Shown here piece by piece: positions 23,001 through 35,500 of a stretch of DNA of 64,000 bases; the first letter of the stretch is position 1, and each line of letters opens with the position of its first letter. Source of the DNA: Phoronis australis. Its lineage: Eukaryota > Animalia > Phoronida. Under the pieces are notes generated by a model. It did not search any database. It was not told where the DNA came from and saw nothing but the letters and a program-made list of their open reading frames with translations. The stretch lies in contig NMRA01000422.1 in the NCBI GenBank assembly GCA_002633005.1, positions 62,001 to 126,000 on the forward strand, written 5' to 3'. A program made the position numbers and the translations under genes.

Positions 23001-26000
23001 GTATAGTTGCTTAGGAGTGTTTGGACTGCAAACTGTTGTCAAAAAATAGGAATCTAATAGCGTGTTACTAAATCAATGTTGCAGTCTGCTTAGCTTTATT
23101 TTGATAGTGTACACATACATCTTGGTGAAGAGATCAGCTTCAGAGGTAGACCCGAAATTCTTTTCTAAACTATTATAATAATACTACTAATATTTCAAGA
23201 AAATGATGACTAAAACAGTTTTGGGATTGCGTTGTTGAAAATAGAGGGTTATTTAAGATTAGTCTCTTTGAGTGTAGTAGTGAACGCATTGATCTCACGG
23301 CAATGTAATTTCAGATATGCACGGAGTCGCCACCATTGGAGGATGTACCAAATGGCCTTCCCGACCATGTGTACGACCTTATCCTGAAGGGTTGGACCGT
23401 CGAAAGCTCATGCAGGCCTCTTGCATCGACACTGCTTCAACATCCTGCTTTCTCACTTCTTCATGGTGAGTTCTTTGATCGTAACTTTGAAGTTGTTACA
23501 CATATTACTGCCGCTACGGGATAAATGTTGGCTTAAACCTGTTGACTGTGAATGCATTTTGTGCAGTAAATTCTTCCTTGATTATAATCACTACGCATTT
23601 GCATTGCTGGTTTGCGTAAGTTCATACGGCAAATTTGTCTTCTTGTGCTGTTACAGATGCTGGTTTCCCATCTATGAGAGCAGAGAGCATCCTGTATTCC
23701 GGTTTGACCGGGATGGGAAACGTATCGTCAGAGGAGGAGACGGATGAAGAGGATGATGATGATGATGAAATTCATGACCGAGCATTACCTCCCCTTGACC
23801 TCTTGCAGATGGTCACCAGTCATACAGTTTCACAACAGTCTGGGAGTGGTGTTCATGGTCACTTCTTGCCGACAATGGTAGAGAACATGACGGATAACGT
23901 TGACAGCACTGATGATGGCCCTACTGATATGCATCATGTTGGCAGAATTTACAGACCAGTGGAGCGCTACACATGCTCCAGTCGAGGGTTCACATATCCG
24001 CCCGTTCTGCCGTCGGCTATGAATGGCGTAGAGAAATGTCCACCCATGGCACCTGCGGTGACTGAGAGTAAATCACTCCCTGCTGTCACTACAAAATTCA
24101 ACTTGGCGCCAAAGTGTTTCTCTGAGCCCGCGCGTCTGCCTGATTCAGGCATTGGCAGTGGAGCACCAGCCAGTTCCACGTTACTACAGCATAACAGGAA
24201 GTCTTCTGGGTCTATCGAGGCTTTGCCATCATCTAGACTGAATTCCATTGAAGTGAATGCAGACGGCTTCAAGGATCTCAATTTAGAGCATAGGTCTACT
24301 CCTGTGTCTACTACTCCTATTCACACTCCGTTTTCCACTCCTACAAGTGTGAAATATGGAAGCATGCCACCATCGCAGCAGCCGCAGTCAATGAGGCGAG
24401 ACAAGTCCATGTCAGAAAAAGCTGAAGATGATCTTCAACAATATCAAAACGGTGAGTAGCCTAGACAATGTTCAGGATTTAGTGATAAAGGTTAATTTGG
24501 CTGTGCTGCGTTTTATATTCACTATGTTTTGCTGTGTTTTATGGTGTCATCATAATTGGATGAACGAGCAGCCACAATTTTACTCTGAAGTATTTCTTGA
24601 GTCTGGGTAAAAGGACATTATTGTCTTTTGTCTGAAAAGCACAATTTTGGAATTATTTTTTAACGATAAAGTTCCTGCAAAATTCTATTATTGTGTGATT
24701 CGAGTCTGCTCCCTTTGGATTGAAGGTGTATGTGTGTGTGTGGAAAAAATAAGTCAACCACGAAATGTCTCGTGTTAAGTGCTTGTCAATATGGCCTTGG
24801 CTGTGAGTATGTTTGGTATTTGGATCTTAAAAATGTGAGGCAAGATTTTTTTTTTTGAAAAATAAATTAGCTGAAATTGACACTTACATAGATTATTGTC
24901 AGCCTCAATCTCCTAGAAATGTGACTGTTATAATGCTCTGCTGACCGGTACCAAGAGAATGCAATATCCCTACTGGCAACAATGGTAACTTTGGTTACTC
25001 AAAATTGAGTCATTTCTGCATAGGAAAACATGCATTGGGTTATTGTTTTGTAAATCAACTACGTGAGGCAGTTGACGGGTGGGTGCCATTCCGACCATAA
25101 TTTAAAATTTCCAAAAGTAGGGGACGTGCATTTTCGGCGCATTGTTGGTGTTTGCATTTGTCTGACATGCTAAAATTTTTAGTTGTAAAGAACACTGTTG
25201 TATGTAAAGCAGTTATAGGTAACTCTGTTCATTATCACGCGTATTTCTTTTTGTTGTCACTGTGAGGCAGCAGTGTAGTAAATGCTCAGCCATTTTGCAC
25301 ATAATGTAACAGCTAATGGAAATTTTGTTTTGGGATTTTTTCTGAAAAAAAAACATTTCAAGGTTTACGTAAACTTAATTTCACCAAGGGAGCATGGTTT
25401 GTGTTGTACATCTTTCATCAAATAAAGAAACTTTGCGATCCTCTTAATATTAAGAAACAAATGGCCCTTGAAAATAGGAAAAATTGCAACTCTCTGCAGT
25501 TATTTTTGTTTGATATTAAAGAGAGATTACAATACCATCTTTTTCAGTCAGGTGTCAATAGGGGTCAATAGTGCCATTTACCTACTCGCCTTTACTCTAC
25601 GTTGATTTCGACACTAACAGTTTCCTTGTGTCCAAAATATTTGCTGTGCTTGACTCACTGTTGAAGCTGTAGCTTACTTTAAGAATTACGTTTCAACCTG
25701 TATCAGTAGTTCCTGGTGGTTGCACTGAATCTTCCCCTCAATTTCATTCTTGCAGAGTTATTCCATGATCACCTGTCGAATGCCGACTTTGAGATACAAC
25801 AGTTCGAACAATCGATTGAGGATTTGCCTGTGGACGCTTCTTCATTTGGTCCCCCCTCCATGACAACACTGTACCTCCCCGCAGACAAGTCACCCAATCA
25901 GGTATGGGTTGTTAATTGATTATTTCCTTACTTTGTCGTTTTGTACATAATTAATATGTGGATGTACTGTCAGTAAGTCTGTTGTTTTTGTTGAATGCTA

Positions 26001-28138
26001 TATTCACTTAGTTGTCATGTAAAGATGACTTGTTTGGAAGCGCAATATAACCGCGACCCTTGGTCCACTTAGATATACCAAAACAAAAATCGATCCAGAT
26101 GGTCAACAATTACAATTTATTTTGGTTCAACTAAAAGAGTCTGTTTTACTTTAAAGATAACGAATAATACTGGATAGAGTATATCAACTTACTATTCATC
26201 CTTCATTCTCACATCGTCACTAACGTCTGATTACTGTTCTATCATAGGCTCAGTGTGAAGTTGATGGCTTGACTGATGAGGTTCTGTCACAGTTCAGGGA
26301 ATGGGTGTCTAATCCATCTGCAGGTAGGGATCATAATCTATGAAACAACAGTCTTGTCTTTAAAGTATGTTAGTTAGTCTCTTGGGCAAGTTCTCAACAA
26401 AGCATCTTAAACACCTCCTGGTGACGTTTCTGAGAATTAAATGGTAATTGAATCATAATTAATTGAAGTTCTTGTGTCGTTACCTCAGGTTACTGTTAGT
26501 TTTCTTTCAAAAGCATTGGAAATGACCGATTCAACTGAATCATTAAACTAGATCCAGCAAATATTTTCCAACAGTTACTACAGATTGTTTCAAGCACCCT
26601 TTGGTGGGAAGTTGGTTTAGTATGTAACTCTGTTCTATGGAACTAATGATCTCTCCCAGTGTCAACACAGTGTGTCGTAAACCAACATGGGTGCATATGA
26701 ATGCTCTGCTCATATTTAAGATAAAAGCCCTATTTGTGCCCTTGGCTGCCTCTCTATCTATTGCCTATAAAACAAGTTTATTTCTTTTTCCAGGTAATGG
26801 CTCGGTCAGTTTGCCGAAGGTGAAATTCAAGACGACCAATGGTAAAACCCTTGCTAAGGCAGGTATTTCAAGAATCAGCACAACATGGAAAGAGATCATT
26901 GAACTCGCTAGTGTAGCGGTAAGTCATATAGCCTGCTAGTGGCGTTTGAGACAATACCAAATAGTAATAACCTAGCAGAGACAATAACACTTTCACCTTC
27001 ACCTACACGCAAACACAACATTGAAAATCATCAGCCCTGTCAAATTATTGTAAGTGTTGTAGACATGTTGATAACAATTTGTTGTGTGTTTTTATCGTCT
27101 TGTATTCATTGTTAGTAATATGAGCCTTGCTGGTAGTGTTAAATAAACTGATTGATTGATTGAAAGTCTATGACAATTCCTAAACTGAAAACTCTTTTGA
27201 CTTAATAGCGATTGGAGCTAATCCACTCGGCAACGCTCGAGTCATCACCAGACAGGTCGTGTAAGGTCTTCCCCTAATGTTTCCACACAAGCCATATTGA
27301 TTGCACTGGTGGCAAATTCATATTGTTTATGGGCCATGTCTTCTGAGATTTTGCTGGAGAATTCAAATTTAAATCTAGCAGAAGTTGCAACTTATCATTT
27401 CTGTACAAATTTCAATGCTTCAGAAATGAATTTTTTACAATAAAGTCTAGGCACATGGCTATAGAAACTCAAGAGTAGGTAGAAGCAGTGTTTCAGTAGT
27501 TGGGGAAAGGTGTGTTTGGGAGTCGACATTCGGCATGATGCTGTCTTCACCTTCACAACACAAGACTGGGAAAAGCTGAAATGCGAGCAAAATTAAATAA
27601 ACCGATGCGGCTACGTGCATTGGGGTGGTTTTCAAATTTGCCATATGCTTGGCGAATCAAGTATATCACGAGGGCTTAGGCTTAACCACAACATGCAAAG
27701 GACAGATGCGGTAGCCCTAAATGGTTTGCCACAGTGACTGCCTTTTTGTTCAGAGTGGATGATTCCCCCCAAAAACCTGCCTAATGTACTAATGATCAAC
27801 TTAAGACAGTCTGAGATAGAGTGTAAGGTGAAAGTAATTCAGATAGGAATCAAGAATGGGATGGTGTAAGTTTTAATACTAACTATTGAAATGTAATTGT
27901 TTAATTTCAGATTCACAACGTAATAGGCGACTTTGTGTGCACTCTAGATGGAGTTAAGGTCATTCTTGGTGACTGTGTTGGCATGCAATCGGTGACGGTT
28001 ATCTGCACACCAAAGCCACCTGACAACAACAGTTGGTATGGGACATCAGGCAGAGTCCGCGATGAGAATGAGCCTGGACATTTTGAGCCTAATTGGGATA
28101 TTTTACTGAGCCCGTCATTGGCACACGAAGGGCAATAA
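13933..28138 (+). CDS. MAP3K14: NF-kB-inducing kinase (NIK/MAP3K14)-like Ser/Thr kinase, 14 coding exons, ~1130 aa
   Basis: Manual join with GT-AG sites and matching phases: 13933-14028, 14731-14812, 15252-15349, 15963-16184, 17599-18297, 19293-19445, 21260-21521, 22456-22715, 23315-23465, 23657-24451, 25756-25901, 26248-26323, 26794-26918, 27911-28138 (3393 nt). Kinase motifs GNGTSG, FCLK, DELM, HRDLKAEN, DFG, GTPTHHPPE, DIW. NIK-like features recalled from human NIK: N-terminal MAVME, DDLQQYQNELFHDHLS (cf. QELQQLEIELFLNSLS) and C-terminal KVKFKTTNG...TLDG...ICT...W..RV. Some segments (TGSPPW, PPLED) also resemble MAP3K8/COT. Confidence 0.85.
14731..14812 (+). CDS. MAP3K14: NIK-like exon 2 (FLSDCDG...PTK)
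   Basis: ttttag acceptor, open frame, G|gtaaat donor, phase 0 to 1. Confidence 0.65.
15252..15349 (+). CDS. MAP3K14: NIK-like exon 3 (ESASSKTF...KPAQ)
   Basis: ttgtag acceptor, CAG|gtgaga donor, phase 1 to 0. Confidence 0.65.
15963..16184 (+). CDS. MAP3K14: NIK-like exon 4, Gly-rich plus basic stretch (KPKVRKKTEK)
   Basis: ttccag acceptor, 74 open codons, GGT|gtaagt donor. Confidence 0.7.
16358..16700. mobile_element. Harbinger-like MITE; related copy at 58094-58486
   Basis: TSD CAG; ends tgcctggtt..cccaaataggga / tccctatttgggactgtttcatgcaactgggca. Confidence 0.6.
17599..18297 (+). CDS. MAP3K14: NIK-like exon 5, Cys/His (TAZ-like) cluster and pre-kinase segment
   Basis: Inside ORF 17416-18321; tttcag acceptor, GAG|gtcagt donor. 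Confidence 0.8.
19293..19445 (+). CDS. MAP3K14: NIK-like exon 6, kinase subdomains I-II (LGNGTSGVCYLCKD...FCLKE)
   Basis: Gly-rich loop and catalytic Lys in a frame not shown in the ORF track; ttttag acceptor, gtaata donor. Confidence 0.85.
19510..20613. mobile_element. Non-autonomous PIF/Harbinger-like DNA transposon, ~1.1 kb
   Basis: TIR GGCCCGGTCTCCAATCTCCGTACTCAGACTC at both ends, TSD CTG, many subterminal TACTC/GAGTA motifs. Confidence 0.85.
21260..21521 (+). CDS. MAP3K14: NIK-like exon 7, kinase subdomains III-VIb (HRDLK)
   Basis: ORF 21260-21538; ctctag acceptor, G|gtaacc donor. Confidence 0.95.
22456..22715 (+). CDS. MAP3K14: NIK-like exon 8, kinase subdomains VIb-X (DFG, PPE, DIW)
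   Basis: ORF 22413-22721; ttgcag acceptor, AAG|gtatga donor. Confidence 0.95.
23315..23465 (+). CDS. MAP3K14: NIK-like exon 9, kinase subdomains X-XI (ICTESPPLEDVP...RPLASTLLQHPAF)
   Basis: tttcag acceptor, G|gtgagt donor. Confidence 0.92.
23657..24451 (+). CDS. MAP3K14: NIK-like exon 10, acidic and Ser/Pro-rich low-complexity region
   Basis: ORF 23635-24459; ttacag acceptor, G|gtgagt donor. Confidence 0.88.
25756..25901 (+). CDS. MAP3K14: NIK-like exon 11 (ELFHDHLS...)
   Basis: ttgcag acceptor, CAG|gtatgg donor; resembles the ELFLNSLS segment of NIK. Confidence 0.85.
26248..26323 (+). CDS. MAP3K14: NIK-like exon 12 (AQCEVDG...NPSA)
   Basis: catag acceptor, G|gtaggg donor; bridges phase 0 to 1. 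Confidence 0.75.
26794..26918 (+). CDS. MAP3K14: NIK-like exon 13, C-terminal domain part 1
   Basis: ttccag acceptor, GCG|gtaagt donor; KVKFKTTNGKTL resembles NIK KVQIQSLNGEHL. Confidence 0.82.
27911..28138 (+). CDS. MAP3K14: NIK-like exon 14, C-terminal domain part 2 to stop
   Basis: tttcag acceptor, open to TAA at 28136-28138. Confidence 0.82.
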   Translation: MHNVIGDFVCTLDGVKVILGDCVGMQSVTVICTPKPPDNNSWYGTSGRVRDENEPGHFEPNWDILLSPSLAHEGQ

Positions 28139-28279
28139 TTGTATCATGGTTATTTGTTTATCTGAAGACATAATAACAAGTGACCATATGGGCAGTTGTA
28201 GCTGAGAGCTGTATGTTGGCACATAGCTCTTCAAGGGGTGTGTGAAGATTAGTGTTCACTGCAGTTGAGTTATATTGAG

Positions 28280-28410
28280 GAGGCAGTGTGGCCTAGTGGC
28301 ATAAATATGCGCTTTCGTTACTCAATGTCGTGGATGAGAGTCTAACTGTATCACACTGCTACACCCTTGAGTCGGGTCTCTAGCTCCTCAACTCGGTTTT
28401 AACTGATTGT
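28280..28410 (+). mobile_element. Degenerate tRNA-headed SINE in the kinase 3' UTR region
   Basis: A-box-like GGCAGTGTGGCCTAGTGG; B box decayed. Confidence 0.35.
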
Positions 28411-29365
28411 TAATAAACCATAAAAATGTTTCCAGGTGATCGGTGTAGTGTAGCTACTTGAGTGGGGCTGCAAACGTCTGGTACTTGTATCAGACTGTCT
28501 GGAATTGTTAAAAAACTAAAAAGATATTAAATATTTAGTTATGTCCATGTTAGGTCTCTATTAATTTTTATTGATCTGCAGGATATCATAATGGAATGTA
28601 CATTTTTTAAACAGGAGGATTATATTGCGATTGTTTTAAATTTGGCTGTGTGTGCCATTGTGCGAAGGGCAGTGCTACATGTACCTTGTTTTCTGGGTCT
28701 GACCAGAACATCTGTTATTGCTAAAGGGAATGTCTGTAGTGTGGATGTGAACTGTTGTGCAACTAAAAAAAGAAGTCCCATACAGGGCTAATTAGGCCTA
28801 ACCAAAAATCACAGTATTTAAATAAGTAGTGGTGAATTTTGCTATTGAAGCAATCAATGAATTAACTCTCGTCTCCTACTCCGCCGAACTCGGTCTTACT
28901 AGCGAATGTATGTACAGGAGTGCATGAGGACTGGATATGATGCACTCCGAAATGTGGACAAATTACAATTTATTATGATTTATGTTTTTTTAAGATGTTG
29001 GGGCTTTGATGTTGCTTTTATTTTAATTGTACAAAAGCTAATCTTGTGTGGTTGCTTGTTGAAGGATTTATTTGTTCGATTACTATGCAATGGTAATATT
29101 TTAATGTGTGACTTTAGTGTGATATTTTTTGTTTATTATAGCTACAGAAGCAAATTATTAATATGTGCTTATAAAATAAGAATAATATTATTATTATATC
29201 CCTGCTTTGTGAAAGCCTGTAACATCATGATTGCAGCGATGTCTTGCAGTAAGTGGAGGACACGTGTGTGTATGATATAGTGTTAACAATTTGTACATTT
29301 GTTGATGGTGTTAATGAAACTTGCGACTGGGAAATACATGGCTTTCACATTATAATTTGCATTTT

Positions 29366-29543
29366 GAAACCTGTATTACAGTACCTTTGAAACACCCTGT
29401 ATTACAGTACCTTTGAAACACCCTGTATTACAGTACCTTTGAAACACCCTGTATTACAGTACCTTTGAAACACCCTGTATTACAGTACCTTTGGAACACC
29501 CTGTATTACAGTACCTTTGAAACACCCTGTATTACAATACCTT
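29366..29543. repeat. 26-bp minisatellite, about 7 copies
   Basis: Unit gaaacaccctgtattacagtaccttt. Confidence 0.95.
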
Positions 29544-29726
29544 GTGGTAAATGCAGCAGTACTTATTTACAGGTAGTAACTTCTGCTGGATTTCTAAATC
29601 TTTGTAACAGTTAGTAATCCGCTATAGTCTTTGAAAACCTTTAAACGTTAGGTGTGTGTTAGATACCTTTTTACCCACTATTCTAAATCGGCACATATGA
29701 TTGAGAGGCAAATTTATCCAGTTGTG

Positions 29727-29732
29727 AATAAA
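29727..29732 (+). terminator. Candidate poly(A) signal of the kinase gene
   Basis: AATAAA closing a GT/T-rich 3'-UTR-like tract; other AATAAA sites exist upstream. Confidence 0.35.
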
Positions 29733-30627
29733 GACTGCCAATTTCAAACCACATTACCCTCTGACACAATAAACGAGTACTATTTTCGCAAAGTAGAAGT
29801 TTAATGCTTTAATACAACCAGTTTTGCAGGAAATCACGATTACAGGGTTTATAAGCAGTAGCATTCCTTTCATTCTGTTGCAGTTAAAAAGTTTCATCGA
29901 ATCAGTCATAGTGGGCACTGCGTGAATTTTTTGCTCAATTGAAGCCAACACTGTCGCGGTCAGTCATCTGATGTTCTCTCATACCAAACAAAAGAATCTG
30001 ACATGAAAGTACATCAGCTGTGGCAAGCTGCTTATTCAACTCTCAACTGTTACTTATTCTGCGTTGACAGTTGAGAAACTAGATGTAGTGTCATATGATG
30101 GTAACAGTTTTCCTTAATAGATACATTTGGTTGAGCTGCCTCCATTGCCTGCCCTAGATACCCCAGTTAGATTTTTCAATATTTTTTGCTGTGACCAGTG
30201 ACAATGAAAAATTCATTGTGCATGCTGTGATCTTCCAATACAGTGTGTGTTGTCTTCCAAAAATATTTATGTTAATGGGTGGAAAAGGCCTCTGTGGTAG
30301 CTTTGTGGCCGTTGCCGATCTTTGTGCAGTAAACATTGAGCAATTATCGGTATTTTTATTTATTTAGCAAATACACAAATGCTGACCTGCAATATGTAGT
30401 GCTAGTCATATTGAATGCACCCCATGGACCCATTTCATCAAAGGTCGCAAGCTGGTCTTTGGTAAAATGGTAATGGCTTTGATTTTAGTTAGGATTCCTG
30501 AAGGCAATCACGGAGTTTGAATATGAATAATTATCAACTTAAAGTCAGTTGTGATGTTTCGCACTTACAAAAAAGCGCACTGTCATGTTTTCAATATCAT
30601 GCTTACAACCATCTTGGTGAAGACCAG

Positions 30628-30870
30628 GGGCCCGTTCCAAGAAACTGACTTAAGTTAATTTTTGACTTAAGTCTCAGATTTCTTTTCCCACCTTTGAAAC
30701 TTCCACATCTGGTAAATTCATCAAAATTACGACAAAACTTACCTCAAACACTTAAATCAAGCTTAAAATCTCTTTCTTGAAAGGATTTTGAGACAAATTG
30801 AACCGTTATTTTAAAACTTAGTAAAATTTAAGAATTGTCTTAGGTAAGTCAGTTTTGTTGGAACGGGCCC
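30628..30870. mobile_element. Harbinger-like MITE, 243 bp; decayed relative at about 20797-21060
   Basis: TIR GGGCCCGTTCCAA..AAACTGACTTA, TSD CAG. Confidence 0.8.
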
Positions 30871-31196
30871 CAGACTGATGACCTTTAGATAAAAGAGGCA
30901 CGAGGTTTTTTCCGTCCATGAAATGATGGTATGCCGACACTACTCAACTGACCCAGTGCTCATGATCAACTAATTTTATCAGAAGTAAGGTTTGCAAGCA
31001 CCTGACATAATGTGAAGCCCATACAGTAGGGATCGGAACTAACCTGAGAACGCTACAGTTAGCAGCTGGAATTCATCTCGATTCTTTAAATGTTTTCCTG
31101 CCTAAACGTTTAATGTGATGGTTCTGCGACTACAAAATCTCATACAGGTATTAGTTCGCAACTGATCCATGCCCTTCAAGTTTTGATTAGGTTATA

Positions 31197-32214
31197 AAGT
31201 AAACCTCTGTTAAGTCGGATCCAAAGGGAACGAGAGATTTCCTCCGAGATAAGCAAGCTCCGATTTATTTGAAGATTGACCCAACAATGAGTTTGACCCC
31301 TGAGGTTATGCCTACTGCAGTGATCAGTAGTTGTGCCTTAATCATTTTCAGGTCACGGGCACTTAAAATTAAAAAATGTTTGCTTTACTGTAGTATTTGT
31401 CATTGTTTTTTTCCAACCAAGCATTTTCCCTAAGCAACGATTAGCATGTGGCTGACTTTGTTAGCTGCTACGCTCGCACAACGAAGGCTTCCCTGATAAC
31501 GATAACGTGGTTTGCACAATACAAATCTGAAAAACTACCATAGAGTCTGCAAATTTGTATCACTCATAAAACTTATCGACTTAGTTTTCAGTGCACAACT
31601 GAACAATGATGTGGTTTGCCTACAACTGCGGGATATGAGCAAGGCTTTAGGCCTTCGATCAGTGAAGGTTCCTACGAATTGGAATGCAGGGTTTTTACTA
31701 GCAAAATTTAAAAAAATCTTGTAAGCCTGTAGAGCACCGCAGTGAGATCCCCTGCAAAACACTGTAGGCCGAACTAAAATGGATTTTTTTGCAACAAAAC
31801 AGCACGTGCATGACAGAAGGCGCACTTTTACGTACTAGGTTAAAAGTTCATCAGCCCATCTGGGCCATCGTCCAGGGCATCATAAATATCAGCCAAGACT
31901 CCACGTGCAGTTACGGTTTGGGCAATCTGTCAGTAAATCAAAAGTCTAAATATGTACATAATAGTCATGCATGTTTGGCGATTTTTTAAGAGAAAAAATT
32001 TTTTGAAGGACTTCGACTTAAGGGAGGTAAAAAGGGGGATTTTGGTCTGACAATTGTTCTTCGAATTTTCTCTATGTTGAGCAAAGATCCGATTTAAGAA
32101 ACCAGGCTTAAAGGTAGGGCAGCAAAGGAATATATGCAAGGTCAACCGTTCCACGGAACTTTGTGCGAATTGAGTGAAGATCCGACTTAAGTGCAACTTA
32201 ACCGAGGTTTACTG
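31197..32214. mobile_element. Tc1/mariner (pogo/Tigger-like) non-autonomous element, ~1 kb
   Basis: TIRs (c)AGTAAACCTCtGTTAAGT / ACTTAACcGAGGTTTACTG with repeated tccgacttaa-like motifs. Confidence 0.65.
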
Positions 32215-32404
32215 TTCCTACTGCAATTTGAACACATCTTCAACCAGACGCTGCCTGCAATATTCTTCATTTCCATTTGATCTCTGAGTGCCATCAATTT
32301 GATGACTTCAGCCGTAAGTCCTCATTATTTTAAACATCAACATTTTAACACATCTTGACAACTTTTAAACAACTACTCCAACAATCCGTTATGCCTATGA
32401 TCTT

Positions 32405-32557
32405 CTACACCATAATTGTTCCACCCTTGGCAGCCCTTTTTGCAAAACTTAGGGAGTCCCATCGCTGTTGATCTTTTCTCGCTATGCAAAGATTGGTCTC
32501 AGAGTCGCAGATGTAGCCTTTCGCGCAACAATGAAGTCCATCGGTACAACACGTACC
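32405..32557 (-). CDS. GRN: Progranulin last exon: C-half of granulin 15 and tail
   Basis: GTCCTDGLHCCAKGYICDSETNLC...RWDSLSFAKRAAKGGTIMV*. Confidence 0.9.
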   Translation of the reverse strand, partial: GTCCTDGLHCCAKGYICDSETNLCIARKDQQRWDSLSFAKRAAKGGTIMV

Positions 32558-35500
32558 CTAAAAAGATGAAACAGAATATGACTTCGCCGTGCAATAACTG
32601 TTACAAACAATTTGGCGATTACAAAACTTGGGACTTTTTAACTACCTGAACTGCCTGGAATTTATAACTGATAAAACTTCCGTGTTTTAATTACAGAGGT
32701 GGTATTTCGCAGAGCAGAAGGCTGAAACCAAAAAGTGATGTTTTCACCAAGAATTGGACAGAGATTTCACTCTGGTTAATAAAACAAGGAATGAATTAAT
32801 CAAAGCATCCCATGCCCACATCAAAAACCACTTGATTTTCACTCAACTACAAACTACTGGGTTCCTTTTGTGATGCCTTGCATGAAGAGGAGAATTGATC
32901 ATTTTTTCTGCTAAAATCTGAAATTTTCATACACACCATTATCAATGCGTCTATCACTCTTTCGAACAAATTCGAGCATGCAAGCAAAAAGTCCTATATC
33001 CAGTCTCCAAAGTTGAATTATACTCATTAAAGTGAACTTAAAATCAAAGACACTATCTCCATGCAGCCCCAATGGTTCAGGTTACCATTCCATGTGATGC
33101 CATCGTGGATCAAATACACGTAGAGGTTATTAATGGCTTCAATAGAATAATTCACTATCTCAAAGCTTACTTATATCAGTTTGAATTTGTCCATTTTGAT
33201 TTGATCACAGAAGTGGTTTTTAACATTGTTTTCTTATTTGGTAAAACCAAAACCAAAAATGTTTTCCCTTTTAAAATATTATCCTGCAACAATCAAACTT
33301 TTGACAGTGTTGTGTGAATATGTTCAGGACCTTATGCATCAAAATGCCGGCCTGACAGAAGTGATTGACCGTCATGGATGGAATGCTAAATAAAGTGACA
33401 GAATTCACCGTTACCGTTCCGTAAGCAAAGATTTGTCGCCACATTTAATAACCGCACGGATGTCTTGCGTCTATTAACGCAACCCAGTCCTGAGGCATCA
33501 CTGCTATATGAACAAATGACAGTCCAGCAGTAGTAGCAAAAATGTGAGTAAGTCATATCATTCAGTTCTCAACCACAAGAGAACATTTATCACAGACACT
33601 GTTATTATGGTCACACCCACCATGTGTTCCCTATACATTACTGTTGTCTCACTTACCCCCTGCAGAGGGCAGCATGCTGGCTTCCCTCCAACACCACTAC
33701 AGCACACATTATTTTTAGGACATACATGATCGCTGTCACTACATTTGTTGGTTGCTGTATCTGTCTGCTTCAGACGTCTGGCTGGATCTGCATAGAAAAT
33801 AGTCAAATGGCATTTCATGGTGTCAATAAGGTAGAAAATGAAATCTTACGTTTACTAGCAATGGCCAAGCACACACAGTCACTGAAATATGAAGTCTAAT
33901 ACACAATTGTACAACTTTTACCACCTTTTTTAACCATAATAAACATATCCTGAACTAACAGTGGGCTGAAATGGTTAAAAGGTCATTCACTTCTTCCGCG
34001 TCAATATAAAGACTGCAAGGCAAGAGGTCCCAATTCTTATGTGACATTTATCTTGTTTCAATTGCATAAAACAGAAACCAAAACGAGCACAGTGGCATTC
34101 ATCTTGGCACAAAGTAAACAGATCGTCAACTTTGTATACTATGGAGTTGGTGATAATCAACTCAAGACAGCTTTCTCTCATTCAGTGTCACTTGCCGGCA
34201 AAACAGTACCAGACTCCTTTAACTTTGTTATATTATTTACCACTCCAAACTCGAACTTTGGTTGATAATTGCCCATTAAAAATCCGTGATAAGTTCTTAC
34301 CCACTCTGGCTACATTTTCATTTGCAAACAATAATATAGACAATTGTCTTGCACGCTACCCAAACCACTTAACAATAGAGAAAGATCTTTTCTAGAGTTA
34401 AATTATTATATGATGGTAGTCCTAACCTTGACCTTGTTCTCAACATATTCCTCCTAAGTAACGTTAAATTTTTATGTACCGTCTATCAATATTGTTGCAT
34501 CTGATTTCCATACATGAATCTGTACATATTTTTGTTCTTATACATTTATAGCATATCTAAGTATTGGAATACTTATATTAGATACTACTCAATTGTCCTC
34601 TATGTGTATTAGTTTCATTTATTACTTGTTTACAACCCAGATATAATGCTTCGCGGTTTCTGGGTTTGTTATTATTTCTTTGTATGTTCTGTGACTGTAA
34701 TCTTCAATAAATATATATCACTTTTAAAATATAGACAATTGTCTTGCATGCTACCCAAACCACTTAACAATAGAGAAAGATCTTCTCTGATTTTCAGCAC
34801 TGCTGTCTTGCCTGGAAGGCCGCTAAACGACCGACAGTTGAAAAGTTGTTTCCAATTAATGGCTTAAAAAAATGCTAAATCTTGCTAACTTACTCTTGGC
34901 TAACAAAGGAGTGTCCAGCGCTCCCTTTCTGCATTTATAAGTAGACACGTCACACACATAACCACCGGGACAACAGTGCACACCATCACTGCAACACACA
35001 GCCTGAAAGATAGACAGACCTCAATATGAGCAGCAGTTTCACTTCATAAACTTTAGACAACAGAATCCATGGGCATCTCTAAAAACATTGACTATGTTAC
35101 ATAATGCAGCATTTACTTACAACAATTTAATCTCATAATTATGGTAATCCCACATAATCCGCTGGTAAAGTGTTAATCACAGAAACCTGTAGCAGTGATA
35201 GCAATAGCAATTTCAGTTTTGTCTGCTATGTTATGAAAATGATATGACTTTATCATACATGCATCAATGGTGCATCAGTTATGATTGTATGGTACACAAA
35301 TAGAATCTCATTAGGTCACATTTTTTCCAAACATAATATCATAATTCAGTGTCAACCATACACATGTAATAAAAACAACAATTTTGTCTTTAGTTATTAA
35401 CATAAAATATTTTGCTTGTTGGTACTAAGGTCAATTCTCAGTTACACCTTCTGCACGCATTTCTATAGAAATCGGTGCATTCTGTACCTCCAGAACTCAC

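Noticed and set aside
21260-23465. Calling the kinase MAP3K8/COT
   Set aside because: Local COT-like motifs exist, but the N-terminus, ELF..LS segment and C-terminal domain match NIK; a phylogeny is needed to settle it
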